A stretch of DNA of 64,000 bases from an uncultured delta proteobacterium (GTDB lineage Bacteria > Desulfobacterota > Binatia > UBA9968), in the NCBI GenBank assembly GCA_963755715.1, contig CAVWLW010000045.1, positions 43,425-107,424 on the forward strand, read 5' to 3'. Within the stretch, counting starts at the first letter, position 1, and each line of letters opens with the position of its first letter. The notes beneath the pieces were generated by a model that was not told the origin of the DNA, made no database searches, and saw nothing but the letters and a program-made list of their open reading frames with translations. This document shows, piece after piece, positions 42,694-52,199 of this stretch. A program made the translations under genes and the position numbers.

Positions 42694-43701
42694 ATGGAAA
42701 ACGCGAAAGTCATTGATGCCGATGGTCATGTCCAGGATCGCGACGCGGAGATTCGCAAGTTCATGGCGGAGCCGTACTGCCGGAGACGCGGACCGCTCGT
42801 CGCCAAGGACAAATGGGACAGCAGCATGTACGGCAAGCTCAACCGTGACATTCACGACGTGCCGACCCGGCTCGGCGATATGGATCGAGAAGGGATCGAT
42901 ATTTCGGTGCTGTTTCCCACCAGCGCCTTCGGCATCACGCAAAGCCCGGAGAAAGATTACGCCGCTGCCTTTTGCCGCGGTTACAACGACTGGATCGCCA
43001 ATCTTTGTAAAGAGAGCCCGCGCTTGAAAGGCATCGGCCTGGTGCCGTTCCAGGACGTTCCTGCCGCGGTGACCGAAGTAAATCGCGCCGTCACGCAGCT
43101 GAAGCTTGCGGGTATCGCGATCGCGTCCTTCGGTCTGAAGGACCATCTCGGCACGGCGTCTTTTTGGCCGATTTATGAAGAGCTGCAAAGACTCAATACG
43201 CCGCTTTTGGTTCACAATTCCCGCCAGGGCCCCGCGGGAGAAATCCGTTTCGACACTTTTCTTTTCGCGCACACCGTCGCGCGCCCGTTCGAGACTTTGA
43301 TCGATTGCGCCGCGCTTATCTATGGCGGCGTGCCGGAGAGATTTCCAAAATTGAGGATCGCCTTTCTCGAATGCGGCTGCGGCTGGGTGCCTTACTGGAT
43401 GGATCGGATGGATGAAGAGTGGGAAAAACGCCAGTCCGAAGCGCCGGCGCTCAAGGCAAAACCGAGCGAGTACATCACCCGGGGAAATTGGTTCTTTGCC
43501 GCCGAACCGGAAGAAAGCACCTTACCCTATGTGATGGATCGGATCGGCGACGATAAGCTGATATTCGCATCCGATTATCCGCACTGGGACGGCATGTTTC
43601 CCTATGTCGTCTCGACAATTCGCGAACGCAAGGATATCTCGGATGGGGCGAGACAAAAACTCCTCGGCGAAAACGCCAAACGGCTTTACGGTTGGGATTG
43701 A
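42694..43701 (+). CDS. Amidohydrolase family protein (Amidohydro_2)
   Basis: IDADGH, VLFPT, FLECGCGW, FASDYPHWD. Confidence 0.9.
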   Translation: MENAKVIDADGHVQDRDAEIRKFMAEPYCRRRGPLVAKDKWDSSMYGKLNRDIHDVPTRLGDMDREGIDISVLFPTSAFGITQSPEKDYAAAFCRGYNDWIANLCKESPRLKGIGLVPFQDVPAAVTEVNRAVTQLKLAGIAIASFGLKDHLGTASFWPIYEELQRLNTPLLVHNSRQGPAGEIRFDTFLFAHTVARPFETLIDCAALIYGGVPERFPKLRIAFLECGCGWVPYWMDRMDEEWEKRQSEAPALKAKPSEYITRGNWFFAAEPEESTLPYVMDRIGDDKLIFASDYPHWDGMFPYVVSTIRERKDISDGARQKLLGENAKRLYGWD

Positions 43702-43845
43702 TTCTACACACGTTCCTTCAGCGAACGTTCCCGCGCGCGCGGCTCCGTCTGGCATTGGCTCGGTAAAGAATTTAAGATTAGTTCGCAGGCATCGGTTGGA
43801 TCCGATTGCTCGCGCAATTTTTTGTCCCTTTGATCCGGAGAAACC

Positions 43846-44328
43846 GTGATGGCAAGCTCGAGCGAGCCGAACGAAACGAACGGTTACCTTGCCGCGCACG
43901 TGAATCGACTTATTGCGAGCCTGCGCCATTGGACCGGCAGAAATCTTCTCGACGTCGATTCGCCTGCTGTGGAGCAGGCGCGCCAGCTGTTTCATGCGCC
44001 GTTTGTCGTCTTATCGCACAACCAGACGTCTGATCCGATCTTGAACTATGCGAACCTGGTGGGCTTGCGTCTTTTCGAGCTTAGCTGGGACGAACTGATA
44101 TGCTTGCCCTCGCGCCGGACTGCCGAGCCGGTCCATCAAGATGAAAGAGCGCGTTTGTTGGAGACGGTGACGCGCCAGGGATATATCGACAACTATCGGG
44201 GCATTCGGGTGTCGAAAACCGGGCGGCGCTTTTTAATCGAGCAGGCGACGGTATGGAATTTGTTCGATGAGAGCGGCATGACTTGCGGACAGGCAGCGAC
44301 CTTTAGCGAATGGCGTTATTTAGATTGA
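43846..44328 (+). CDS. Stand-alone MEKHLA (PAS-like) domain protein
   Basis: APFVVLSH...DPILNYAN...LPSRRTAE...YRGIRVSKTGRRF...VWNL...GQAATF. Confidence 0.9.
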   Translation: MMASSSEPNETNGYLAAHVNRLIASLRHWTGRNLLDVDSPAVEQARQLFHAPFVVLSHNQTSDPILNYANLVGLRLFELSWDELICLPSRRTAEPVHQDERARLLETVTRQGYIDNYRGIRVSKTGRRFLIEQATVWNLFDESGMTCGQAATFSEWRYLD

Positions 44329-44437
44329 AAATGAAAAGATGCTCGGTAGACACCCCAGAAATTTCATTATTGAGATATCACCGCCGAAAAGCGAAGGAGA
44401 GAGCTTGAATTCGAGATTGGCCCTTACCGGTTTATCT

Positions 44438-44905
44438 CTAAGTATTGCTGTCCAGCCGTCGCGAGCGTTCTTTATACATGCGCAACGCCTGATCGCCGAT
44501 GGCGCCGGTAAGAAACTCTTCCGCGTGACGCTGGCCGTCGCGGGTTTGGTATTCGATCTTTATTGAGTCAAACGGAATGACCGGGTCGGAATTGCTGACG
44601 CGCAGCAGACGGGCGTGGCTCTCGTCGATGCGTCGTCCGAGCGTGCGCAAAATTTCCGGCAGTCCTTCGAAGTTTACTAGCTTAAACGATTCTCGCCGGT
44701 TGGCTTTGGCCTCGACATCGAGAGCTCTGATCTCAGTCACCGAGTAGCGCCTCTCAACGAGGTTTAAATGCGGCGGCAGGGGATCGCCGCACTGAAGATA
44801 AAATTCGTCGCCAAAGCATTTCAATTCGAAAAGATCGATGTGCTGTTTCTCGAGCATCTGACCGATCACTCGAAGCGCTGTTGAAAATGCATCCTGTTGA
44901 GCCAT
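44438..44905 (-). CDS. Hypothetical protein, duplicated LRxIG-motif family (copy 2)
   Basis: LRVIGQMLE and LRTLGRRID. Confidence 0.8.
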   Translation of the reverse strand: MAQQDAFSTALRVIGQMLEKQHIDLFELKCFGDEFYLQCGDPLPPHLNLVERRYSVTEIRALDVEAKANRRESFKLVNFEGLPEILRTLGRRIDESHARLLRVSNSDPVIPFDSIKIEYQTRDGQRHAEEFLTGAIGDQALRMYKERSRRLDSNT

Positions 44906-45400
44906 AGGTCCGACTGTGTAGCGCAAAAAATATCCGGTGGCAAACGCACAGAACGGATCATTGCCGCCTGGCCTGAGTCGAGCACGCGCCCAAACATCCG
45001 GATCGAGGGTTGGCTGCCTTTAAAATGCCAAATTGCACTAACAATTCATTAAAGTCGCTCCCCCTATAAATCGGCAGTATTACAACCGCGCTCTTGAATC
45101 ATCGAATTGCCAGTATGCAGTTGCCGCTGCGGCGCAACGTCCACGATATTGCTCGTCTGGATGCTTCAGGCTATTCTGCTCATGGAATAAAGAGGTCAGC
45201 GTCAGAAGTCCTGACGAAGCGCATCGGCTAGAGTGAATGACTCGCGCATGAATTCATGTTGGTCCAAAGCTATCATCGAATAATCCTCAGACGGCGAAGA
45301 GCCTTCGCGGTCGCGCGCTTGGGTTGTGCCAAATCCTTTACCGGAATAAAAATAGTGAAAAGTTCACCACCTATCCGCCGGGTTCCGCGCGGCTTTTAGC

Positions 45401-45910
45401 ATGCCCCACGCAAAATCACTAAGAGCGATCGGTCAGTCACTGGAGTCGCTCGGCATCGTCGCATTCGTTATGGAGAAAAATGGGCGAAGCTACATCGTGC
45501 GCAGCGACCAGCTGCCGGAGATCGAGAAAGCGAAGATTAAAGTAACTGCAGAACAGGTTTTGGAAACCTCGAGCCCGTCGAGTATGCGCGTTCACTCCCT
45601 GCAGGACGACGGTTCGATCCTCTATGATCCCAATTATATTTCGTGGCTCGATGCCCAAGGGCGAAGGAAGCGGCGCAAGCGTTTGTCGGCTCAGACAACC
45701 GGAACCTCGCGCGTATCACAATTGCTGCGTACCTTGGGCAAGCATTTAGACCAAGTAGAGCCACGCGAATTTAACATCTCGTGGACAAAAGATGCGGTCT
45801 GCCTCGATTATCAGTCGGCGGATGGCCAACAAGTCCGCGAAGTTTTTACTGTCGCCAAGGTGCTTGAGCTCACGGTCCGGTCACGTCTCCGTCGGGCGCC
45901 GCGCCGCTAA
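45401..45910 (+). CDS. Hypothetical protein, duplicated LRxIG-motif family (copy 3)
   Basis: LRAIGQSLE and LRTLGKHLD. Confidence 0.8.
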   Translation: MPHAKSLRAIGQSLESLGIVAFVMEKNGRSYIVRSDQLPEIEKAKIKVTAEQVLETSSPSSMRVHSLQDDGSILYDPNYISWLDAQGRRKRRKRLSAQTTGTSRVSQLLRTLGKHLDQVEPREFNISWTKDAVCLDYQSADGQQVREVFTVAKVLELTVRSRLRRAPRR

Positions 45911-45945
45911 TCAATCTCTGAAATATTGTATCCCTCGCCTCGGAC

Positions 45946-46507
45946 TGATGGCCGCTATCTTGAAACAATTTCATGGACTCTTGGCAGCGACCCGCGCACC
46001 GTACCCAAGTATGGACGGCGTTTTGAAGGCGATCCGTTTGGCGCGTGAGCAGAACTGGCCAAATTTCGCCATGTGAAGCGGCTTTCAATATACTCTGTTA
46101 GAGTATGCTCGAAATGTTATGGGGATTGCCGATGCCGCATACGAAGAGATCACTCCTGGTGCGTCGCATTTGGTGAGCAGCAAGATGGCCTGTTCTCTCG
46201 CCGGCATTTGCGAATCGATTACGTTCGACCCGGAACACGGATCTATCATGCGTATGGTCGGATACAGTCTGTGGAAGAATTCCGCAGCAGCTACGGATTG
46301 GCGCCAAACTATCGACAGAAACTCACGGCCGGTCCGCTTGAAGTGACGGCGGTTGGGCCGGACGGCGAGGAGCGAGCAATTGAGCTGCGCGATCATCCGT
46401 TCTTCGTCGCGACATTGTTTCTGCTGCAGCTTTCATCAAGCGGTGGGCGGCCCCATCCACTGATCGGCGCATTCTTGCGTGGCGCTGCGGAAGTGACAAA
46501 ACTATAA
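45946..46507 (+). pseudogene. Degraded CTP-synthase-type glutamine amidotransferase (stand-alone PyrG C-terminal-like)
   Basis: PYPSMDGVLKAIRLARE, EYARNVMGIADA, ELRDHPFFVATLF and PHPLI across three frames, with lesions at conserved residues. Confidence 0.7.
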
Positions 46508-46584
46508 CTGTTGCTACGCCGGCAGCGTTGACCGGATGTATTTGGCTTAAGAAATAATTCATGTAATGAAAACGGAGACACCTC

Positions 46585-47082
46585 ATGGATTTTCCCAAAG
46601 ATAGAAAAAACGATCCGGAGAGCGACGATGGAGCTAAGGTCCGGTTACTTTATCAAACATTGCTGGAAGCATGGAATGATAAAGACGCGCACGAGATGGC
46701 CGAGCTGTTTTCTGAGAACGGCAACGTTATCGGATTCGATGGCAGTCAAATGGATGGACGAAAGCAAATCGAGTCTGTGCTTGGACAAATCTTCGCTGAT
46801 CATCCGACACCTGTCTATGTCGCCGCCGTGCGAGAAGTGCGTTTTCTCGCTCCCGGCGTCGCGCTACTTCGCGCGGTCGCCGGGATGGTGCCGCGCGGCC
46901 ACTCCGACATCAATCCTGCGCTCAACGCGGTTCAGTCGTTAATCGCGACTAAGGAGCAAGACCGATGGCGCATAGCGCTGTTTCAAAACACTCCCGCGGC
47001 GCTTCACGGCCGGGCGGAACTGAGTGAGCAACTGACGGCGGAGCTGCGCCAAGCGCTACGTGCTTCGTCGTCCGGCAGCTAA
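46585..47082 (+). CDS. SgcJ/EcaC-family (NTF2/SnoaL-like) protein
   Basis: AWN..DA, IGFDGSQMDG, IFADHPT, WRIALFQNTPA. Confidence 0.85.
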   Translation: MDFPKDRKNDPESDDGAKVRLLYQTLLEAWNDKDAHEMAELFSENGNVIGFDGSQMDGRKQIESVLGQIFADHPTPVYVAAVREVRFLAPGVALLRAVAGMVPRGHSDINPALNAVQSLIATKEQDRWRIALFQNTPAALHGRAELSEQLTAELRQALRASSSGS

Positions 47083-47407
47083 ATCGGGGTGTGTTGGAAT
47101 TAATCCGATACGTCGGATGAGGTGAATCTAGCGAGCGATGCTGAGTCGGGGTGAAACGGGCGCTCATCCAGTGTGCGCAATTGGCCAGAGCTGATTGTGG
47201 CGACGGTTCATTTGGAATCCGCGCTGAATTTCAATAGTAAGAAAAATTTTTCGCGCCGCTCCGAATGACACTTCATCGCGAAATCTTCGACTAAGGTCAG
47301 GATAAACTTCAGGGGGGATCCCGATCCAGCTGAACACTCGCTATTGACGGATTCATTTCGGCTTTCGTATATAGGCGCTAGGTTTGCGACCTGCAAAGGG
47401 CTTGGGA

Positions 47408-48463
47408 ATGAAACGTCGAGATGTCGGTGTGGCAGCCATCGTGTTTTTAATCGTCGCGCTTTCGATTAACCCCGGGATCGCGATCGCCAATCCCTACCTT
47501 GCCAAACCTGGCGAGCCGACCGTGCGAGCGCGCATCGGCGCATGCGCAGTCACCGGCGGTTTTATCCATCTCTACAGCGCGCTGGATAATCGGCTTTTCG
47601 AAAAGTACGGCATTAACCCAGAGAGCATCGTCGTGCGCGGCGGCGGCGTGGCGCTGGCGGCTTTGGCATCCGATGAGATCAATTTTCTTTACTGCAATGC
47701 GGACGCGAATATCGTGCGCATCGGCACGGGAGCAGATGGAAAATTGCTCGCTTCGCCGCTTATCGGATTACCCTACGTGGTGCTGGCAAGAAAGGACATC
47801 AAGCGCGCCGCGGATCTCAAAGGCAAGAGTATTGGCGTGACCCGGCCGGGAGACTTTCCCTACCGGCTCGCCAAAGAGTTTCTCAAAAAGCACAATCTTA
47901 GTGAAAAAGACGTGACGCTCGCCACGGTGGGCGGCACGCCCACCGAGCGCTATGCCGCGCTCTTGCAGGATGTTTTTCAGGCGACGTTGATTCAGCCGCC
48001 GCTCGACGCGCGCGGCAAAAAGGACGGCTTCAACGTTATCTACAATCTCAACGATCTTGGCTTGCCGTTTATCTACAGTTCCTTATTCACCAACTCCAGG
48101 ACCCTAAAAGAAAGTCCGGCGCTAGCGCAGAAAGTCGTGGCGGTGCTCGCCGAAGCGGTTTACTTCGTCGAAAAGAATCCGGAGCAGGCGATGGCTTCGG
48201 TGGGCAAAACTCTGCGGATCAAAGACGCGGATACGCTTCGCTCGGCCTATGACGCCTACGCGAAAAATCTCATCAACCGGCGCATGATCGTGCCGGCAAA
48301 ACTGGTCGCCGAAACGCTTGAGCTTGCGCGGCAAGACGGTACGGTCATCAGAAAGAAAGCCGGCGAGATTTACGATAATGTTTTTGTCGAGAATTTGGAG
48401 AAAAGCGGCTTCATGAGAGAGCTTTGGGGCGGTGCGGTGCCGGGAGACGGACAGAAGCCGTGA
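47408..48463 (+). CDS. ABC substrate-binding protein, NMT1/SsuA type
   Basis: Signal peptide; LFEKYGI, DLKGKSIGVTRPG, YDNVFVENLEKSGF. Confidence 0.85.
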   Translation: MKRRDVGVAAIVFLIVALSINPGIAIANPYLAKPGEPTVRARIGACAVTGGFIHLYSALDNRLFEKYGINPESIVVRGGGVALAALASDEINFLYCNADANIVRIGTGADGKLLASPLIGLPYVVLARKDIKRAADLKGKSIGVTRPGDFPYRLAKEFLKKHNLSEKDVTLATVGGTPTERYAALLQDVFQATLIQPPLDARGKKDGFNVIYNLNDLGLPFIYSSLFTNSRTLKESPALAQKVVAVLAEAVYFVEKNPEQAMASVGKTLRIKDADTLRSAYDAYAKNLINRRMIVPAKLVAETLELARQDGTVIRKKAGEIYDNVFVENLEKSGFMRELWGGAVPGDGQKP

Positions 48464-48561
48464 TGCCTCGACCGCAGATAGGTGACGTTCTCCCGTTCAA
48501 GCGAAGCGAGGATTCCCTGATTTCGGCGGCGACGATTTGAACCAAAAAGAAGGAGGCTATT

Positions 48562-49647
48562 ATGATGCGTTGGTTGTGCTTTGCAATTGTCCTGTTGGCG
48601 GCGCCGGTGTGCGCCCAGTCCGTGCCCGTGATTCCATATGAGTCGGTGCCCAATGCCGTGCGCCTGCCGCCGAATATGTATTTGGGTGAAGTCGCCGGCG
48701 TGGCGGTGAACTCGAAAAAACACGTTTTTGTCTATTCGCGCGGCAACACGAGCGGTCCGGCTTTTGGCGCATCGGCCTCGCAGCTTTTGGAGTTCGCGCC
48801 CGATGGCCGGTATCTCCGTGAGATCGGTCGAAATCTTTATGCCTGGGCATTTGCGCACACGGTCAGGATCGATAAGCAAGACAACATCTGGGCCACCGAT
48901 AAAGGTTCCGACATGGTGGTGAAGTTCACGCCGGATGGGCGGGTCGACATGGTCTTCGGCCGCAAGCAGGAAGCTTCCGATGAAGCCGCGCCGCACAAAC
49001 GTTCGGGCCCGCCGCCGAAACATGAAGACGGCCGTTTCCGCCAGCCGACGGACGTTACGTGGGACCCGGCGGGGAATACTTTCATCAGCGACGGTTATGT
49101 CAACGCGCGGGTCGCTAAAGTCGATAAGAACGGCAACTGGCTAAAGTCCTGGGGCGAGCGCGGCGACAAGCCGGGAGAGTTCAACACGCCGCACTCCATC
49201 GCCGCCGATGCGCAAGGAAATATCTACGTCGGCGATCGCGGCAACGGCAGGATTCAAGTTTTCGACGGCGATGGGAAATTTTTGCGCGAGATCAAGATCG
49301 ATGTGCCCTTCGATCGAAATGCCGCGCGTGCCGCCATCGGCAACAAGCCGCCCGAGGATGTTAAAGGCACACAGGCGCCGGGTGCGCCTTGGGCGATCTG
49401 TATCACGCCGGGACCGAGGCAGATTCTCTACAGCGCGGATGCTTATCCCGGGCGCATCTACAAGTTGACTCTGGAAGGCACGCTGCTTGGCGTGCTCGGC
49501 GAAGCCGGCAAACAGCTCAAACAGTTCGGCTGGATTCACGAGATGGCCTGCCCGTCGGAAAACGAGCTCTACGTCGCCGAAGTGTTAAATTGGCGCGTGC
49601 AGAAATTGATTCTTCGCCCCGGCCAGGAAACCGCCATGGTGCGCTAA
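48562..49647 (+). CDS. NHL-repeat protein (peptidyl-alpha-hydroxyglycine amidating lyase-like)
   Basis: AHTVRID, FRQPTDV, SDGYVNAR, FNTPHSIA, DRGNGRIQVFD. Confidence 0.88.
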   Translation: MMRWLCFAIVLLAAPVCAQSVPVIPYESVPNAVRLPPNMYLGEVAGVAVNSKKHVFVYSRGNTSGPAFGASASQLLEFAPDGRYLREIGRNLYAWAFAHTVRIDKQDNIWATDKGSDMVVKFTPDGRVDMVFGRKQEASDEAAPHKRSGPPPKHEDGRFRQPTDVTWDPAGNTFISDGYVNARVAKVDKNGNWLKSWGERGDKPGEFNTPHSIAADAQGNIYVGDRGNGRIQVFDGDGKFLREIKIDVPFDRNAARAAIGNKPPEDVKGTQAPGAPWAICITPGPRQILYSADAYPGRIYKLTLEGTLLGVLGEAGKQLKQFGWIHEMACPSENELYVAEVLNWRVQKLILRPGQETAMVR

Positions 49648-49819
49648 GGCGTGGTTCCATCGGTGACTTTGTAGTCGGTCGAGCCAAAATATTTCGCCGC
49701 GATCTCAACGCATTGAGCGTCGAGGCCCAGCATCTCGACGTGACGACCTTGGTTTCGGCGAGCTTTCGGAGTGTGCCGTGGCATAAGCACTGGCGCGGAA
49801 TGGAACCTAACCTTTACCC

Positions 49820-51001
49820 ATGAGAATTTTTCTTAGCTATCCGTGGCAGGACCGCGAGCAGGCGAAATCGATTTACTTGGCCCTCGCCGATCAGGGACAT
49901 CGGGTTTTCTTCGACCGCACCGATCTGCCGGCCGGCGATGAGTATCATAATCGCATCCGCGCGGCGATCGAGAATTCTCATCTAGTCATCTTTTTAATCA
50001 GCCCGGATGCGATCGATGCCGAGAGCTACACGCTGACCGAAGTGGAGATCGCCGTAAAGGCGCGCGTGAAATTGCTGCCGGTGATGCTCCGCGATACCGA
50101 TATCGCGAAGCTACCGGCAGCGGTGCAAGCGGTGACGATTTACCGCCCCGACGGCAATGTTGCGGCAAGCGTCGCCGCGGAGGTCCACCGCATCGCCGGC
50201 GCGTTCAAGCGCCAACGGCTCAAACGATTCAGCGCCGCGCTGTTGGCGGTGGCCCTGATCGTCGCTGGGTTCGTTTACGTGCTCAATGCCCGCAACAGGC
50301 AGGGACTCATCGGCAAGGATGGCGCGCCGGCGATTTTGATTCCGGCCGGCAGCTTTATCATGGGCGACGACGAGAGCTCGCCGCGGCGCGAGCTCTTTGT
50401 CGATGCTTTCTATATGGACAAGTTTGAAATCACGGTGGCACGTTACGCGAAGTTTCTGCAAGCGACGGGCAACGTCAAAACACCCGAGGAATGGGATACG
50501 GTCAATGTTCAGAACGACGGGGAATTTCCCGTGGTCGGCGTCGACTGGCAGGATGCCGACAGCTATTGCCGGTGGGCGGGAAAGCGTTTACCCACCGAGG
50601 CAGAGTGGGAAAAGGCCGCGCGCGGAGCCGATGAGCGAAAGTATCCGTGGGGCAACGATCCACCTTCTGCGGAGCGGGCGCGATTCGCCAAGCCCTACCA
50701 GAACCCGGTCTACAAGGATGGCATCGCGCCGGTCGGTTCCTATGCCAAAGGCGCGAGCTCGTTTGGTGTTTTTGATTTGGCGGGCAACGCATCCGAATGG
50801 GTCGCCGACTGGTATTCCGAAAGTTTTCAGCGCGCCGAGGCGCGCAACCCCAAAGGGCCGGAAGGCGGCACAGGGAAGGTGCTCCGCGGTGGCGGTTGGT
50901 ATGACCCCGCGGAGCGGATCACGGCGACTCGACGCATGTATGCGAGTCCGGCCAATCGCGCCGACGACATCGGATTTCGCTGTGCCCGGGACTTAAAGTA
51001 G
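49820..51001 (+). CDS. TIR domain + TM helix + FGE-sulfatase (SUMF1) domain protein
   Basis: IFLSY...VFFD...SYTLTE; hydrophobic segment; RLPTEAEWEKAARG, DLAGNASEW, GFRCA. Confidence 0.88.
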   Translation: MRIFLSYPWQDREQAKSIYLALADQGHRVFFDRTDLPAGDEYHNRIRAAIENSHLVIFLISPDAIDAESYTLTEVEIAVKARVKLLPVMLRDTDIAKLPAAVQAVTIYRPDGNVAASVAAEVHRIAGAFKRQRLKRFSAALLAVALIVAGFVYVLNARNRQGLIGKDGAPAILIPAGSFIMGDDESSPRRELFVDAFYMDKFEITVARYAKFLQATGNVKTPEEWDTVNVQNDGEFPVVGVDWQDADSYCRWAGKRLPTEAEWEKAARGADERKYPWGNDPPSAERARFAKPYQNPVYKDGIAPVGSYAKGASSFGVFDLAGNASEWVADWYSESFQRAEARNPKGPEGGTGKVLRGGGWYDPAERITATRRMYASPANRADDIGFRCARDLK

Positions 51002-51014
51002 CGGGAGCGAAAAT

Positions 51015-51443
51015 ATGGCGGACTTTACGATTCATCCCCAGTTGCTTGCCGACTGCCACTACATCGGTAAGCTCCGCCTCTGTCATGTTTTACTGCACTC
51101 AAATGCGGTCTTGCCTTGGTTTATTCTCGTGCCCGAGACTGAAGTTTCAGATTTGCTGGATTTGTCAGACGATCTGCGCCGCATGGCTGTCGATGAGGCG
51201 GCGGTGCTGGCCCGTTTCATAAAAACCACGCTCGGCTATCACAAAATAAATTTTGCCAGCATCGGCAATGTCGTGCCGCAGCTTCATCTACACGTTGTCG
51301 GTCGGAGCAACGGCGATCCGTGTTGGCCGGCGCCGGTGTGGGGAAATCTGCATGCTACGCGAGAATATTCCAGCGCCGAGCTTGACCGCCTAACGGAATT
51401 GCTGGCGCGCGAGTGTTCGCTTCATGCGCTGGAGCGGAGATAA
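51015..51443 (+). CDS. HIT family protein
   Basis: PWFILVP, IGNVVPQLHLHVVGR, WPAPVWG. Confidence 0.9.
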   Translation: MADFTIHPQLLADCHYIGKLRLCHVLLHSNAVLPWFILVPETEVSDLLDLSDDLRRMAVDEAAVLARFIKTTLGYHKINFASIGNVVPQLHLHVVGRSNGDPCWPAPVWGNLHATREYSSAELDRLTELLARECSLHALERR

Positions 51444-51500
51444 AATCTGTGCGGAACCAGTTCGATTGAGCGTGAACAAACGAAATGGCGGAAGGCAAAA

Positions 51501-52089
51501 CTAGCGCGGCGCGACAAGCGCCGCGGTGACAAAAGCTTCGACGAGGGCCGCGACGAATAACAAAGGCAGAATCACGCTGCAGAAGTAGCGCAGGCCAGAG
51601 GCCAGCTCCGCGCCGATTTTTCTATCGGTTTTACCGGTGAGGCGCTTCAGCGCTTGAATTCCGATCGCCAAGCCGATGCTGGTGCCGAGAAGGACCGCGG
51701 GAAGCTCGAGAACGCCGTGCGGTAGGAGGCTCAAGAGCGAAAGCCACGGTCCCCGCGCGCTAACGGAGAGCGACCAGGCGACGCCGAGACCGATGCCGTT
51801 CGCCAGCAGAAAAAACGCGGGAATGATACCGAACAACACTCCGAGTAAAATCGCCAGCAGGGTTTTGAGCGTGTTGTTGACAAAAATCGCCGCGGCGAGC
51901 TTCAGCCGCGGCATGCCAGCGAAGGTTTTTACAAACGCCGCGATGGCGTCCTCGAAATGATCCGCGAGGCCGGGAAAATAAGACTACGACCATCAAACCG
52001 ATCGCGATGCCGGCGCCAAACAAGATCAAACTCGTGATCATGTAAGGCCGGAGCCGACTTAGGTAAGCGCGCCGTTCTTGACGTGGCAT
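51501..52089 (-). CDS. SpoIIM-family membrane protein; apparent frameshift ~51975
   Basis: IFVNN, LLANG, LPHGVLELPA, AALVEAFVT. Confidence 0.82.
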
Positions 52090-52199
52090 GATGATCATCG
52101 TGGTCCTCTGTTTGAGGGTAACAGATGATTCTTCCGACGGATATGGCGCTTGAGACAAACTATGATATTGAATCTCAGGGTCGTTAACGTGGAGGGTTG

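Noticed and set aside
49820-51001. FGE/CLec-fold domain as a diversity-generating retroelement target
   Set aside because: No reverse transcriptase or template-repeat copy of the 3' end was seen in the window.
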